From: Candidatus Microgenomates bacterium | GTDB lineage: Bacteria > Patescibacteriota > Microgenomatia > UBA8517 | Length of the DNA: 64,000 nucleotides | Assembly: GCA_049519355.1 (NCBI GenBank) | Contig: JBEKQV010000003.1 | Location: forward strand, 19,646 to 83,645 | Direction: 5' to 3' | Made by a program: the position numbers and the translations under genes | The notes under the pieces: model-generated | Databases searched by the model: none | What the model saw: only the letters and a program-made list of their open reading frames with translations | Told to the model about the DNA's origin: nothing | Part shown: positions 9,803-18,264 of the stretch, piece by piece | How positions within the stretch are numbered: the stretch's first letter is position 1 | Layout of the letters: the number at the start of each line of letters is the position of its first letter

Positions 9803-10786
9803 ATGTCAGTGACTATAAAGCAAAAATTTAAAAAAATACTTGCCAGGCACTACGAAGATTTATCTGCAATAAAAAGCATTGAGACCTTTCTAAAGAAAAA
9901 AAGAGGCTATGTTATTCGTATGCCCAAGCCGGGATCAGACATAATACATTTGGTTTCAGGGGGAATGGATTCAATAACCACATGGGCGATTCTTATGGAA
10001 AAATATAAACTAAAGGTTCACCCCGTGGCTATAGAAACAGGCCAAGGTAAACACAAATCCGAACTAAGATCTCTTTCGTTTTATTCAAAAATGTTTAAGA
10101 AAAGATACCCCGATTTATACGTTGAGCCCTTTAAAATTACGTACCCCTCATCTCCTCCCGAGATAAAACAGATGCTAACGGTTGATTTAGAGAAAACCGT
10201 ACACCCGGATGTAATTAAAAAGTATTTTAATGCCAACAATAATACCGTTATATTAAAACGAAAATTTTTATATCCGGCATTTGTTGCCTTTCCAGCTGCA
10301 CGGGTTGCACTTTTCTTTGAAATGCAAAGGAATAAAAAAATCAGGGCTATTTCAACGGGAATTCTTCCGTCCGATGGTTATTACAATGAAAGCCAAACTT
10401 TGACAGCCTTACGTGGAGCCATGTTTGCTCTTTGTACATTTACTAATGATTACAATTGGCAGATATTCAGTTTGTGTTTTGAGAAAGAGATACACAGTCT
10501 TTATACAAAAGCCGATCTGGTTAAGTGGGCTTACGCAAACAATCTTCCGCTAGAAAACACATATAGCTGTCTGATGAACTTCGATAAAAACTGTGGGATT
10601 TGCGTCAATTGTCAGGTAAGAAAAAAAGCTTTTAAAAAAGCTGGCGTTAAGGATATCACTGAGTACGAAAGTGAAAGCATCTCCGTCCATAAGTTTATGA
10701 CACAAAAATTGGCAAAAACGCATAATCTGGTAAAATATAAACTTCTTCATAAAAAAAAGATAATTATTAAAGATTATACTCAATAA
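9803..10786 (+). CDS. QueC-like PP-loop ATP pyrophosphatase (ExsB/QueC/WbuX family; candidate sugar amidotransferase/amidoligase)
   Basis: PP-loop LVSGGMDS plus a C-terminal Zn-ribbon-like CLMNFDKNCGICVNCQVR, as in QueC. At 327 aa it is ~100 aa longer than QueC, with N- and C-terminal extensions. It sits in a glycan locus, not a queuosine locus. Confidence 0.6.
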   Translation: MSVTIKQKFKKILARHYEDLSAIKSIETFLKKKRGYVIRMPKPGSDIIHLVSGGMDSITTWAILMEKYKLKVHPVAIETGQGKHKSELRSLSFYSKMFKKRYPDLYVEPFKITYPSSPPEIKQMLTVDLEKTVHPDVIKKYFNANNNTVILKRKFLYPAFVAFPAARVALFFEMQRNKKIRAISTGILPSDGYYNESQTLTALRGAMFALCTFTNDYNWQIFSLCFEKEIHSLYTKADLVKWAYANNLPLENTYSCLMNFDKNCGICVNCQVRKKAFKKAGVKDITEYESESISVHKFMTQKLAKTHNLVKYKLLHKKKIIIKDYTQ

Positions 10787-10932
10787 AATATTGCGGCATT
10801 TTATGAAAGCGTACAGTTTACAATATGAATAAGAACTTAGGATATTTTACTGCTCTAGCTTTTTTTGACATAAACGGAAAAATTACGGCACGAGGGCTTG
10901 CATTTCAGAAGTTATTAGTTTATCCGTAAGTT

Positions 10933-11700
10933 ATGTCAAATTATTTTTTAAACATATTTGAAACCAGATTTAAAAAGTTATATGGCAATGGAATTTTCAA
11001 TTTAAACGACGATATATTGTCAAATGCTGAAGTATTGGATGCTATCGAAAAAATGCCTGATGACGGCACCAAGGAGATTGCTAAATTTGTTACGACCAGG
11101 TTTGGTTTAAACAAAAAAATAAAGAAAATAGTTATCTTGGGTTCCGGTAGCGGAAAATTAGGAACCCGACTGGCGGATTACTTTAAAAATTCAATAATTG
11201 TAGATATCGACAAAAGCAGTCCCGTTATAAAGAGATTAAAAAATATTTTTAATAGGGACAAATTAAGAATGCCAAAACTTGGTGACGCACGTAACATACC
11301 GCTTGAAAAGGGTAGCGTTGATTTAATAGTTGCCTATAGCACCCTGAGGTATATAAATGATAGACGCAAAGTAATAGAAAGTATCAATAAGATTTTAAAA
11401 TCTGGTGGCTATGCCGTAATTGTAGAGGCAAGAGCAATAGATGTGGTGGAGGATATTGAATCCACCCTGAAAAATAAAAGAATTGCTTTTACCCGTAATA
11501 CGGAAAATAATATTCTTTTTTCGAGAACAAGTTTTTTTTATTACCTGGTTCTGGAATCTTCTAAAAACAAGATTTTGAAAAACAGGATTGAAAAAGTTGA
11601 AAACAAGAACAATTCGAGTTTTTTGGAGGCGGCTTTGAAATGTGCAGGCAAGTATAAAGGCTCGCTTTATTATGTAAGCTGGCAAAAGAAAAATGGTTAA
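10933..11700 (+). CDS. Class I SAM-dependent methyltransferase (Methyltransf_11/25-like)
   Basis: Motif I VILGSGSGKLG, post-I acidic DID and motif II/III VDLIVAYSTLRYI...LKSGGYAVIVE. Confidence 0.7.
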   Translation: MSNYFLNIFETRFKKLYGNGIFNLNDDILSNAEVLDAIEKMPDDGTKEIAKFVTTRFGLNKKIKKIVILGSGSGKLGTRLADYFKNSIIVDIDKSSPVIKRLKNIFNRDKLRMPKLGDARNIPLEKGSVDLIVAYSTLRYINDRRKVIESINKILKSGGYAVIVEARAIDVVEDIESTLKNKRIAFTRNTENNILFSRTSFFYYLVLESSKNKILKNRIEKVENKNNSSFLEAALKCAGKYKGSLYYVSWQKKNG

Positions 11701-12799
11701 AGACTTTCACTTAAATTTTGTTGATATCGACAATAGGGAAGTAGAATCCGTTAGACGGGTGTTATTATCAAGGCACCTTGAACGGGGTTCTGTTACAAAA
11801 TTTGTTGAAAAAAAGTTAAAACATTTAATTAACGTTAAGAACGCAGTTTTAGTTAGTAATGCAACAGGAGCACTAATCGCTGGCCTAAAGGCATCGGGAA
11901 TAGGATTTGGAGATGAAGTTCTAACCACACCTTTTACATTCGCGGCCACAGTCAATGCGATTTCTTTAGTAGGAGCAGTTCCTGTTTATGTTGATATTGA
12001 CCCGGAGACTTTTAATCTGGACCCCGAAAAGATTGAAGAAAAAATATCCAGAAGGACGAAAGCAATATTGACTGTTGATCTTTTCGGACTTCCTTGCGAT
12101 TACGAAAAGATCGGCGTTATTGCCAAGAAACACAATTTGGTGGTTATTGCCGATTCGAGCCAAGCCTTCGGTTCTTTATTTAACAATAAGTACTTTTTTC
12201 CTAATGTAAGTTTGCAGGTTTTTTCATTCTTTATCTCGAAAGTTATAACTGCAGGGGAGGGAGGTTTGGCGATAACAAATAACAAGGAAATTGCCGATAA
12301 TTTCAATATATTTATCAACCATGGCCAGAAAAGAGGCAGTAAATATAAGTTCATTGCCTGTGGATGGAATTTCCGGCCAACCGATATCGAAGCGGCTATC
12401 ATTAAGAGCCAGTTGGGAAAATTAAACAGGATAATTTCAAAGAGGAAAAGGAACGCTAGATATCTTACGCAAAAACTTAAAAATACAAAAGGCCTTATTC
12501 TTCCCTCTGTTGGGATAAACCGGGAACATTCATTTTCCAGATATACGGTTAGGATTGGTAAAGATTTTAGGTCAACACGCGAACAAGTTATTAATTATTT
12601 GAGGAAAAATGGAGTTGAAACTGATGTTATCTATCCCAAACCTTTATATTTTTATAAACATTTATCTTTCGGGTTTGGCAAAGGAAGTTGTTTAGAATCC
12701 GAACGAGCTTCCCGTGAAGTTTTGACAATTCCTGTTCATCAAAATCTTACGAATAAGGATTTGGGCCACATTTGTAAATGCATTAAAGATAAAAGCTAG
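11693..12799 (+). CDS. DegT/DnrJ/EryC1/StrS-family PLP-dependent sugar aminotransferase
   Basis: N-terminal VLVSNATGALIAGLKA...GDEVLTTPFTFAATVNAI and the PLP-lysine region FSFFISKVITAGEGG. Start overlaps the preceding methyltransferase stop by 8 bp. Confidence 0.85.
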   Translation: MVKDFHLNFVDIDNREVESVRRVLLSRHLERGSVTKFVEKKLKHLINVKNAVLVSNATGALIAGLKASGIGFGDEVLTTPFTFAATVNAISLVGAVPVYVDIDPETFNLDPEKIEEKISRRTKAILTVDLFGLPCDYEKIGVIAKKHNLVVIADSSQAFGSLFNNKYFFPNVSLQVFSFFISKVITAGEGGLAITNNKEIADNFNIFINHGQKRGSKYKFIACGWNFRPTDIEAAIIKSQLGKLNRIISKRKRNARYLTQKLKNTKGLILPSVGINREHSFSRYTVRIGKDFRSTREQVINYLRKNGVETDVIYPKPLYFYKHLSFGFGKGSCLESERASREVLTIPVHQNLTNKDLGHICKCIKDKS

Positions 12800-12900
12800 T
12801 GAAATCGGGCGCCGGCTCCATTTTTGATACATCCGTCCGTGTTTGCCCGTAGATTGCATGCGAAATTGATTATATTTATAATGACGGATACCCGCGCGTG

Positions 12901-14004
12901 ATGTACAACAAAAAGACATTAATTCAGAAGTGCCCCATATTTTACAATTCGTTGTCTGTAACTAAATTTGACGGGTATTCATTTATATTTATTCACCACC
13001 TTACTCAAAGTAACGCTCCGTTTTTAGCGGCTTGGATAAAAAAGGTAAAAACAATTGGAGTTATTTCAATACCTTATTCGGAAGTAATGATGGTTAAAAA
13101 GAAGTTGGGCAGATTGGTTAAAGTATTTTCGCCAAAAAGCGTTGATCAAATTCCCAAATTGTTGTTGGAGCTTAGCCAAAGAAGTCCGAAGGAAAAAATT
13201 GTCCTTGTTGAAGTTGGCGGATATTCATCACTAGTTTCAGATAAGTTAAAAAATGTCGTTTTTGGAATTGAGGACACCTCACAAGGGCACTGGCTGCAAG
13301 TTAAAAACCACAATCTTAGGTATCCTGTTGTTAGTATTGCAGATACAAAAGCCAAAAGAATAGAAGATCGGTACGTAGGAGAGTCGATAGTAAGAACTAT
13401 CGATCACGTTTTAAAAAAGCATAATTCTGTTTTTGGAAACAAAGAGAAAATTTATTCGGTTTTGTCTTACGGAAGAATAGGCGAATCCGTTTGTCTTGCT
13501 CTGAGGGACAGAGGAGTGCGCCCTTACGTCTTTGACACAAATATTTTCAAAAGGGCCCTGGCTATCGCTGACGGATATTTGTCTTCGGAGCGAAGCAGGC
13601 TTCTTAGGATATCCGATGTAATAATAGGTTGTAGCGGTAGGCGAAGCATAACAAAAAACGATATTGGTCTACTTAAACCCGGAAGTTGTCTTTTTAGCGG
13701 TTCCTCCAAGCAAGTCGAATTTGAAGAGATTTTAAATTATATGGACCGCGACTCGGGCGATAACCAACTGAAAGTATTAGATTTCGGAAATAAAAAAAGT
13801 TGGATTGGATATTTTGGGCAACCGATCAACTTTTTAGATACCACAGATTCAGAGATGTTTGATGTACCGTTCGCCTTGCAGGTCGAGTGCTTCAACTACT
13901 GGAAATCAAGTAAGTTAGCGAATAAAGTTTACACTCTCCCGATGGTATATCAGCGAAAGATTCTGGATCTTTACGTTAAATTTAATAATCATAAACAGCT
14001 TTAG
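12901..14004 (+). CDS. Hypothetical NAD-binding Rossmann protein, distantly adenosylhomocysteinase-NAD-domain-like
   Basis: YGRIGESVCLALRDRGVRPYVFDTN...ALAIADGY...DVIIGCSGRRSIT resembles the SAHH NAD-binding domain pattern (GYGxVGKGxA...D...ALQA..G...DI.VT.TG). The first ORF-track codon is GTG; the ATG is at 12901. Confidence 0.3.
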   Translation: MYNKKTLIQKCPIFYNSLSVTKFDGYSFIFIHHLTQSNAPFLAAWIKKVKTIGVISIPYSEVMMVKKKLGRLVKVFSPKSVDQIPKLLLELSQRSPKEKIVLVEVGGYSSLVSDKLKNVVFGIEDTSQGHWLQVKNHNLRYPVVSIADTKAKRIEDRYVGESIVRTIDHVLKKHNSVFGNKEKIYSVLSYGRIGESVCLALRDRGVRPYVFDTNIFKRALAIADGYLSSERSRLLRISDVIIGCSGRRSITKNDIGLLKPGSCLFSGSSKQVEFEEILNYMDRDSGDNQLKVLDFGNKKSWIGYFGQPINFLDTTDSEMFDVPFALQVECFNYWKSSKLANKVYTLPMVYQRKILDLYVKFNNHKQL

Positions 14005-14006
14005 TT

Positions 14007-15395
14007 ATGTTTAAGAGTCAAAGAGTATTCAACAAAAAGATACAAATTTTTATATATATTGTCTATTTTACCTTTGCTTTTTTTGGTTTGAGGGAGATAT
14101 CAAATAAAACTGCCTATCAGCCAAATGAATATGATTATGTTGCTAGGGGAGCATACTTGGATTTATTTTCTCAGTACAACAACAAAAATTATCTATGGGA
14201 ATTGTACGATTCTTATGTTCAAGAAAAATTGCCTAGTTACATATACCAAATTTCATTAAAGGTCCAAAACGTACGCCCGATATTGGAAATTGACAACCTT
14301 AGCATAGCTCCGTCTTGGTGGTACGGAACTGGCAGCTGCCGCCCCCCTAATTATTCAGATATAAATTGTCAAACGATAACCTCAGGTAACTGGACGTGGT
14401 CTATAGACGGAGTTACGCCAAAAAAGGTCAGTCAAGAGATAAATGCCGGACTATTACCGTCACAGGCACCAACGGATTTGGTTTCGATTAATGCCGCGCG
14501 CAACGTTTCTTTAATATTTTCATTAGGATCTTTAATACTAATTTGCCTAATTGTGAACTATTTTTGGGGTTTCATTTCAAGTCTAATTGCGTCCAGTATT
14601 TTAATTTTTTCTCCTCTTTTTGAAACGTCGACGCTTAGGGCTCTTGGGGATACATTTCTTTTATTTTTTCTACTTTTATCCTTTTTTCTGACGGTGATTT
14701 GGTATAACAGGACAAAAAATCTGCGAATATCAAAAGCGGTGATGTTAAGTATTCCGATCGGTGTCAGCTTCGGTCTTGCTATGGCATCAAAATTAAATGG
14801 ATTTGTCAGTCTGATTTTCTTTTTTATATTATCGGTAATTTTATTTTACAAAATTCCAAAAATCAGGCTAAATTTATTTCTCTCTTTCATAACTGTTTCT
14901 GCGGTAATGCTTTCTGTTTTTGTAATTCTTAATCCCTTTGTTTGGAAAAATCCTATCGAAGGGACAGCTTTTATGGTTCAACACAGGTGGAATGAAACTT
15001 TATATTATCAGGTCCAGCCGGGTTTTAAACCGATTCTAACATTTGGAGAGCGTTTATATTTTCTATTGGCACGAACAATACTGCCGGGAGGAGACTATGT
15101 AATTCGAAATCATGGAACCCCTCTTGGTTTAATTTTGTTTTTGTTTGGCGGTTGGGGATTGTATTCCGATCTCAAATCCAAAAAAAATAAACTTAAAATT
15201 TTCGCAAAACTTATTCTGATTTATGGTCTGATGATGTGGATTGTAATGGGTATTTATTTGAAACTGGATTGGGATAGGTATTACTTACCATTTGTGCCCT
15301 TTGTTGTTATTGTTAGCTCCAGGGGGATTGTTAAAATTGTGGAATTTTTTAGGTGGTTTAAAAATAAATATCTGCAACGCGTCTTCCTAGAGTAA
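14007..15395 (+). CDS. Polytopic membrane protein, putative GT-C fold glycosyltransferase (ArnT/PMT_2-like)
   Basis: About 10 predicted TM helices. First extracytoplasmic loop has an NEYDYVARGAYLD motif resembling the DE..Y/ARE motif of ArnT/PMT GT-C enzymes. Confidence 0.45.
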   Translation: MFKSQRVFNKKIQIFIYIVYFTFAFFGLREISNKTAYQPNEYDYVARGAYLDLFSQYNNKNYLWELYDSYVQEKLPSYIYQISLKVQNVRPILEIDNLSIAPSWWYGTGSCRPPNYSDINCQTITSGNWTWSIDGVTPKKVSQEINAGLLPSQAPTDLVSINAARNVSLIFSLGSLILICLIVNYFWGFISSLIASSILIFSPLFETSTLRALGDTFLLFFLLLSFFLTVIWYNRTKNLRISKAVMLSIPIGVSFGLAMASKLNGFVSLIFFFILSVILFYKIPKIRLNLFLSFITVSAVMLSVFVILNPFVWKNPIEGTAFMVQHRWNETLYYQVQPGFKPILTFGERLYFLLARTILPGGDYVIRNHGTPLGLILFLFGGWGLYSDLKSKKNKLKIFAKLILIYGLMMWIVMGIYLKLDWDRYYLPFVPFVVIVSSRGIVKIVEFFRWFKNKYLQRVFLE

Positions 15396-16626
15396 CTGCG
15401 TAGTTTGTTTGACGGTCCCATGGATAAACTTGTTGTAAATTGGCAAGATAAACATTCTTAAGTGGGGTGACAAAAGGAAGGATCTTTCCGGAAAAGTTTA
15501 ATGTGACAACTGGTTGGGCGAACGGAACCTTAAATACCATTTTGTCGATAAGGTTGTCCTTAAAGTGCGGGTTAAGCATATTTAAATACGGCTCATACTC
15601 GTTTAGTAGGTCATCATCCGATAGCGAAAAATAGCGATGAGATGAACTTAGATAATTTCCTATGTATATTAAATGGTGATTATTGTAGTGTGACTTATCT
15701 ACAAAATTCGTATGTTCTACTACTGCTATAAATGGGTATTTTTTTTCGCACACGCTTAGCCAATAAACACCTGATGGGAAAAACGCTTTTTTGAGTTCAA
15801 TTATCATGGTTATTGCGCCAACTCCCTTAACGTCGAGCAGTTTTCGCTTATAGTCTTCAGGTAGTTGAGGAGACATTTTTGTAAAAGGCGCGTTTGGTAA
15901 AGTTATGATTAAACTGTCAAAGGAGTGTTCCCGGCTACTTGTATGTACAAGAACTTTGTTTTTTGGGATGTTAACAACTTTGATAACATTCGTATTATAG
16001 TGAATCAACCCACCCCTATCGATAATTTTTTCTGCTGTTTTGTTCGCTAAATTTTGGAATCCTCCTTCAGGATAGCCGAGACGGGCGGACCGGCTTTTAA
16101 TTCGAGCCCAGAACCAAGCCATGGAGATTTTCTTGGAGTTTTGGCCAAATTTAGAAATAAGGAGAGGCTTCCAAAATAGGTTGTAGGTGTGCCTGCCCAT
16201 CATTCTTGATAACCATTCTTCTGCCGAGACTTTCTCTAACGGCTTCCAGTTTGAAATAGATTTAAGATACCCGATAACAGCACCCATGCGGGATCGTTCA
16301 GATAAAGTTAGCTTCGGGAAACGTAGCAGTTTTAACGGTGAGTCAATTTGGAATATTTCCTTATCAATAAACCAAGATGTGTTGGGTAAAGAAAATGAAA
16401 ATTTTACGTTAACCTCATCGGCGAGTTTTTGTATATCCGTATCACCCGTAAAAATATGGTGGTAATGTTTTTCCAATGGCCAATTCCACCCCGCTTTTTT
16501 AAATCCGGTCGCCAAACCGCCGGGAAAGGATTCCTTTTCCAGTAGCGTAACTTTATGTCCTTTTTTTTGTAATTCTAAGGCTGCGCTGAGGCCGGTAAAA
16601 CCGGTTCCGATTATTCCTACATTCAT
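15358..16626 (-). CDS. FAD/NAD(P)-binding oxidoreductase (amine-oxidase / UDP-galactopyranose-mutase-like fold)
   Basis: N-terminal dinucleotide-binding MNVGIIGTGFTGLSAALEL...VTLLEK..FPGGL. A second in-frame ATG at 16626 avoids overlap with the upstream GT gene. The HHIF segment is loosely like the UGM GPHIFH motif. Confidence 0.55.
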   Translation of the reverse strand: MNVGIIGTGFTGLSAALELQKKGHKVTLLEKESFPGGLATGFKKAGWNWPLEKHYHHIFTGDTDIQKLADEVNVKFSFSLPNTSWFIDKEIFQIDSPLKLLRFPKLTLSERSRMGAVIGYLKSISNWKPLEKVSAEEWLSRMMGRHTYNLFWKPLLISKFGQNSKKISMAWFWARIKSRSARLGYPEGGFQNLANKTAEKIIDRGGLIHYNTNVIKVVNIPKNKVLVHTSSREHSFDSLIITLPNAPFTKMSPQLPEDYKRKLLDVKGVGAITMIIELKKAFFPSGVYWLSVCEKKYPFIAVVEHTNFVDKSHYNNHHLIYIGNYLSSSHRYFSLSDDDLLNEYEPYLNMLNPHFKDNLIDKMVFKVPFAQPVVTLNFSGKILPFVTPLKNVYLANLQQVYPWDRQTNYAVTLGRRVADIYF

Positions 16627-16630
16627 TTTT

Positions 16631-17788
16631 TTATAGTACATCTTTTTTTGGAGAGTTTATTTCCGGATTGCAGTATTTTAGAATCTCCTCGATCTTTCTT
16701 TGCCAGCTATTTTCTATAGCTAACCTTTTTTCTTGATGCTTGTATTTTTCTGGCCAAGGTTTGGATAAAAGATGCTTTATAGTTCTTTCCCAATCTTTGT
16801 AGTTGTTTTCTGTTTTAACGTAGTTGGGAAACTGTTTAAGTTCCTCGATGGGGGTAGAAATAACTGGTTTTCCTAGATAAAAATATTCAAAAAGTTTTGC
16901 AGGATAGCAATATTTATTAAAGTTTTGAGAAATATCATAGGGGATAATTCCGATGTCAAACTGTGAAATTATTTCGGGAATTTCTTCTTTTTTCCAACTT
17001 TCGCCCGCCGTTACATTTATTAGAGAAAGAATTTCTTTAATTTTTGGTTGGACTGTGGTGTCAGACTTGCCCCACTTTTGTATCGGACCCCAAATAACGA
17101 AATTCCATTTGGAATTATGTTTTATAAGTCGAAGTAATAAGTCAAAATTAAGTCTTTTGTTAACGCCTCCAACAAATCCAATAACTGGTTTTTTTAGTTT
17201 AAGGACAGTATGTTTATATTTCTTTTTTGCAAAATCTAAAATTCTAAACCCTTGAGGCACAAGTTTTACATTCTTTCTGAACTTCTGTAAATGGTTTTGA
17301 AGAATATGTGAATTGACAACTACCAAGTCAGCTTTTTTACAAAGCCACTGTTCATCATGCCCTCCAAAAAAATCGACACAATCATATAGAAGGAAATATT
17401 TTTTCCCAAAATATTTATAAATGGGGGAAAGATTTGGATCAAAGATCCAGAAAACTCTTTTTCTGCATTTTCTAAGGATGTAGACAATTTCGGTAAAAAA
17501 CCGCAAGAAAAGTAGGTTAGCGGAAAAATTTAATTTTTCAATAAATTTAAATCTGCGGAATGGGATAAAGTATATTGGGCGGACCAAGTAAATGTTCTTT
17601 GAATATTTACTTGTTTTTTTTGGAAAATCGTGGGCATGAATTTTTTCTTTTAAATATACAGTGTCTCCCCACAAATAACAGACGATAATGTTACCTTTTT
17701 TAGAGAGCTCGAAAGCTGTTTGATTTAAATAGTCTGTCGACCAATTCCAAGAGACATTAAACGGTATTACTATGATATTTTTTCTCAT
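16631..17788 (-). CDS. Glycosyltransferase, GT1/GT4-like (GT-B fold)
   Basis: C-terminal domain IGFVGGVNKRLNFDLL...FVIWGP and the EX7E-like AKLFEYFYLGKPVIST. Confidence 0.5.
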   Translation of the reverse strand: MRKNIIVIPFNVSWNWSTDYLNQTAFELSKKGNIIVCYLWGDTVYLKEKIHAHDFPKKTSKYSKNIYLVRPIYFIPFRRFKFIEKLNFSANLLFLRFFTEIVYILRKCRKRVFWIFDPNLSPIYKYFGKKYFLLYDCVDFFGGHDEQWLCKKADLVVVNSHILQNHLQKFRKNVKLVPQGFRILDFAKKKYKHTVLKLKKPVIGFVGGVNKRLNFDLLLRLIKHNSKWNFVIWGPIQKWGKSDTTVQPKIKEILSLINVTAGESWKKEEIPEIISQFDIGIIPYDISQNFNKYCYPAKLFEYFYLGKPVISTPIEELKQFPNYVKTENNYKDWERTIKHLLSKPWPEKYKHQEKRLAIENSWQRKIEEILKYCNPEINSPKKDVL

Positions 17789-17928
17789 TTTAAAGTTAAG
17801 TTTGCAAATCGTACCACTTTATACAATTAGGTGTAAAGATTTTCAAAATTTTTGGCATTTCAAGAAAACCATGCTTATATAGCATTTATATTGGATTATC
17901 TGTAAAATATAACCGCACAAAAATAGGT

Positions 17929-18081
17929 ATGGTTGAATCGATAAAACAACTTCTTTTATTGGTTAAGAACACAAAGAAAGACTGGTTAATTCCGGTTATT
18001 TTATTTTTTATTATCGTGGCTATGCTTATCATTGCTTCTCAAATTGTGCCAATACCATTCTTTATATATCCAATTGTATGA
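17929..18081 (+). CDS. Tiny membrane protein (50 aa), not in the ORF track
   Basis: ATG at 17929; translation MVESIKQLLLLVKNTKKDWLIPVILFFIIVAMLIIASQIVPIPFFIYPIV with one TM helix. Its stop overlaps the next start (ATGA). Such small ORFs commonly precede carbamoyltransferase genes. Confidence 0.4.
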   Translation: MVESIKQLLLLVKNTKKDWLIPVILFFIIVAMLIIASQIVPIPFFIYPIV

Positions 18082-18263
18082 AAAGATTAATCACAGCCAT
18101 AAATACTTTTATGATTCAAGTTATTTTGTTCTTCGTATATTTTGTAGCCATTGGAATCGCAGCCGCACTTTATAGACTACAGAAAGCAAGTTCAAAGAAT
18201 CACGGTTTATGGAATAAGAAAAATTTCCCAGCAAATCGAGATTATTTCCTGTCTCCTTATTGA
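18078..18263 (+). CDS. Small membrane protein (61 aa)
   Basis: One TM helix (VILFFVYFVAIGIAAALY). Translationally coupled between the 50-aa ORF and the carbamoyltransferase (stop at 18263, next ATG at 18265). Confidence 0.4.
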   Translation: MKRLITAINTFMIQVILFFVYFVAIGIAAALYRLQKASSKNHGLWNKKNFPANRDYFLSPY

Positions 18264-18264
18264 T

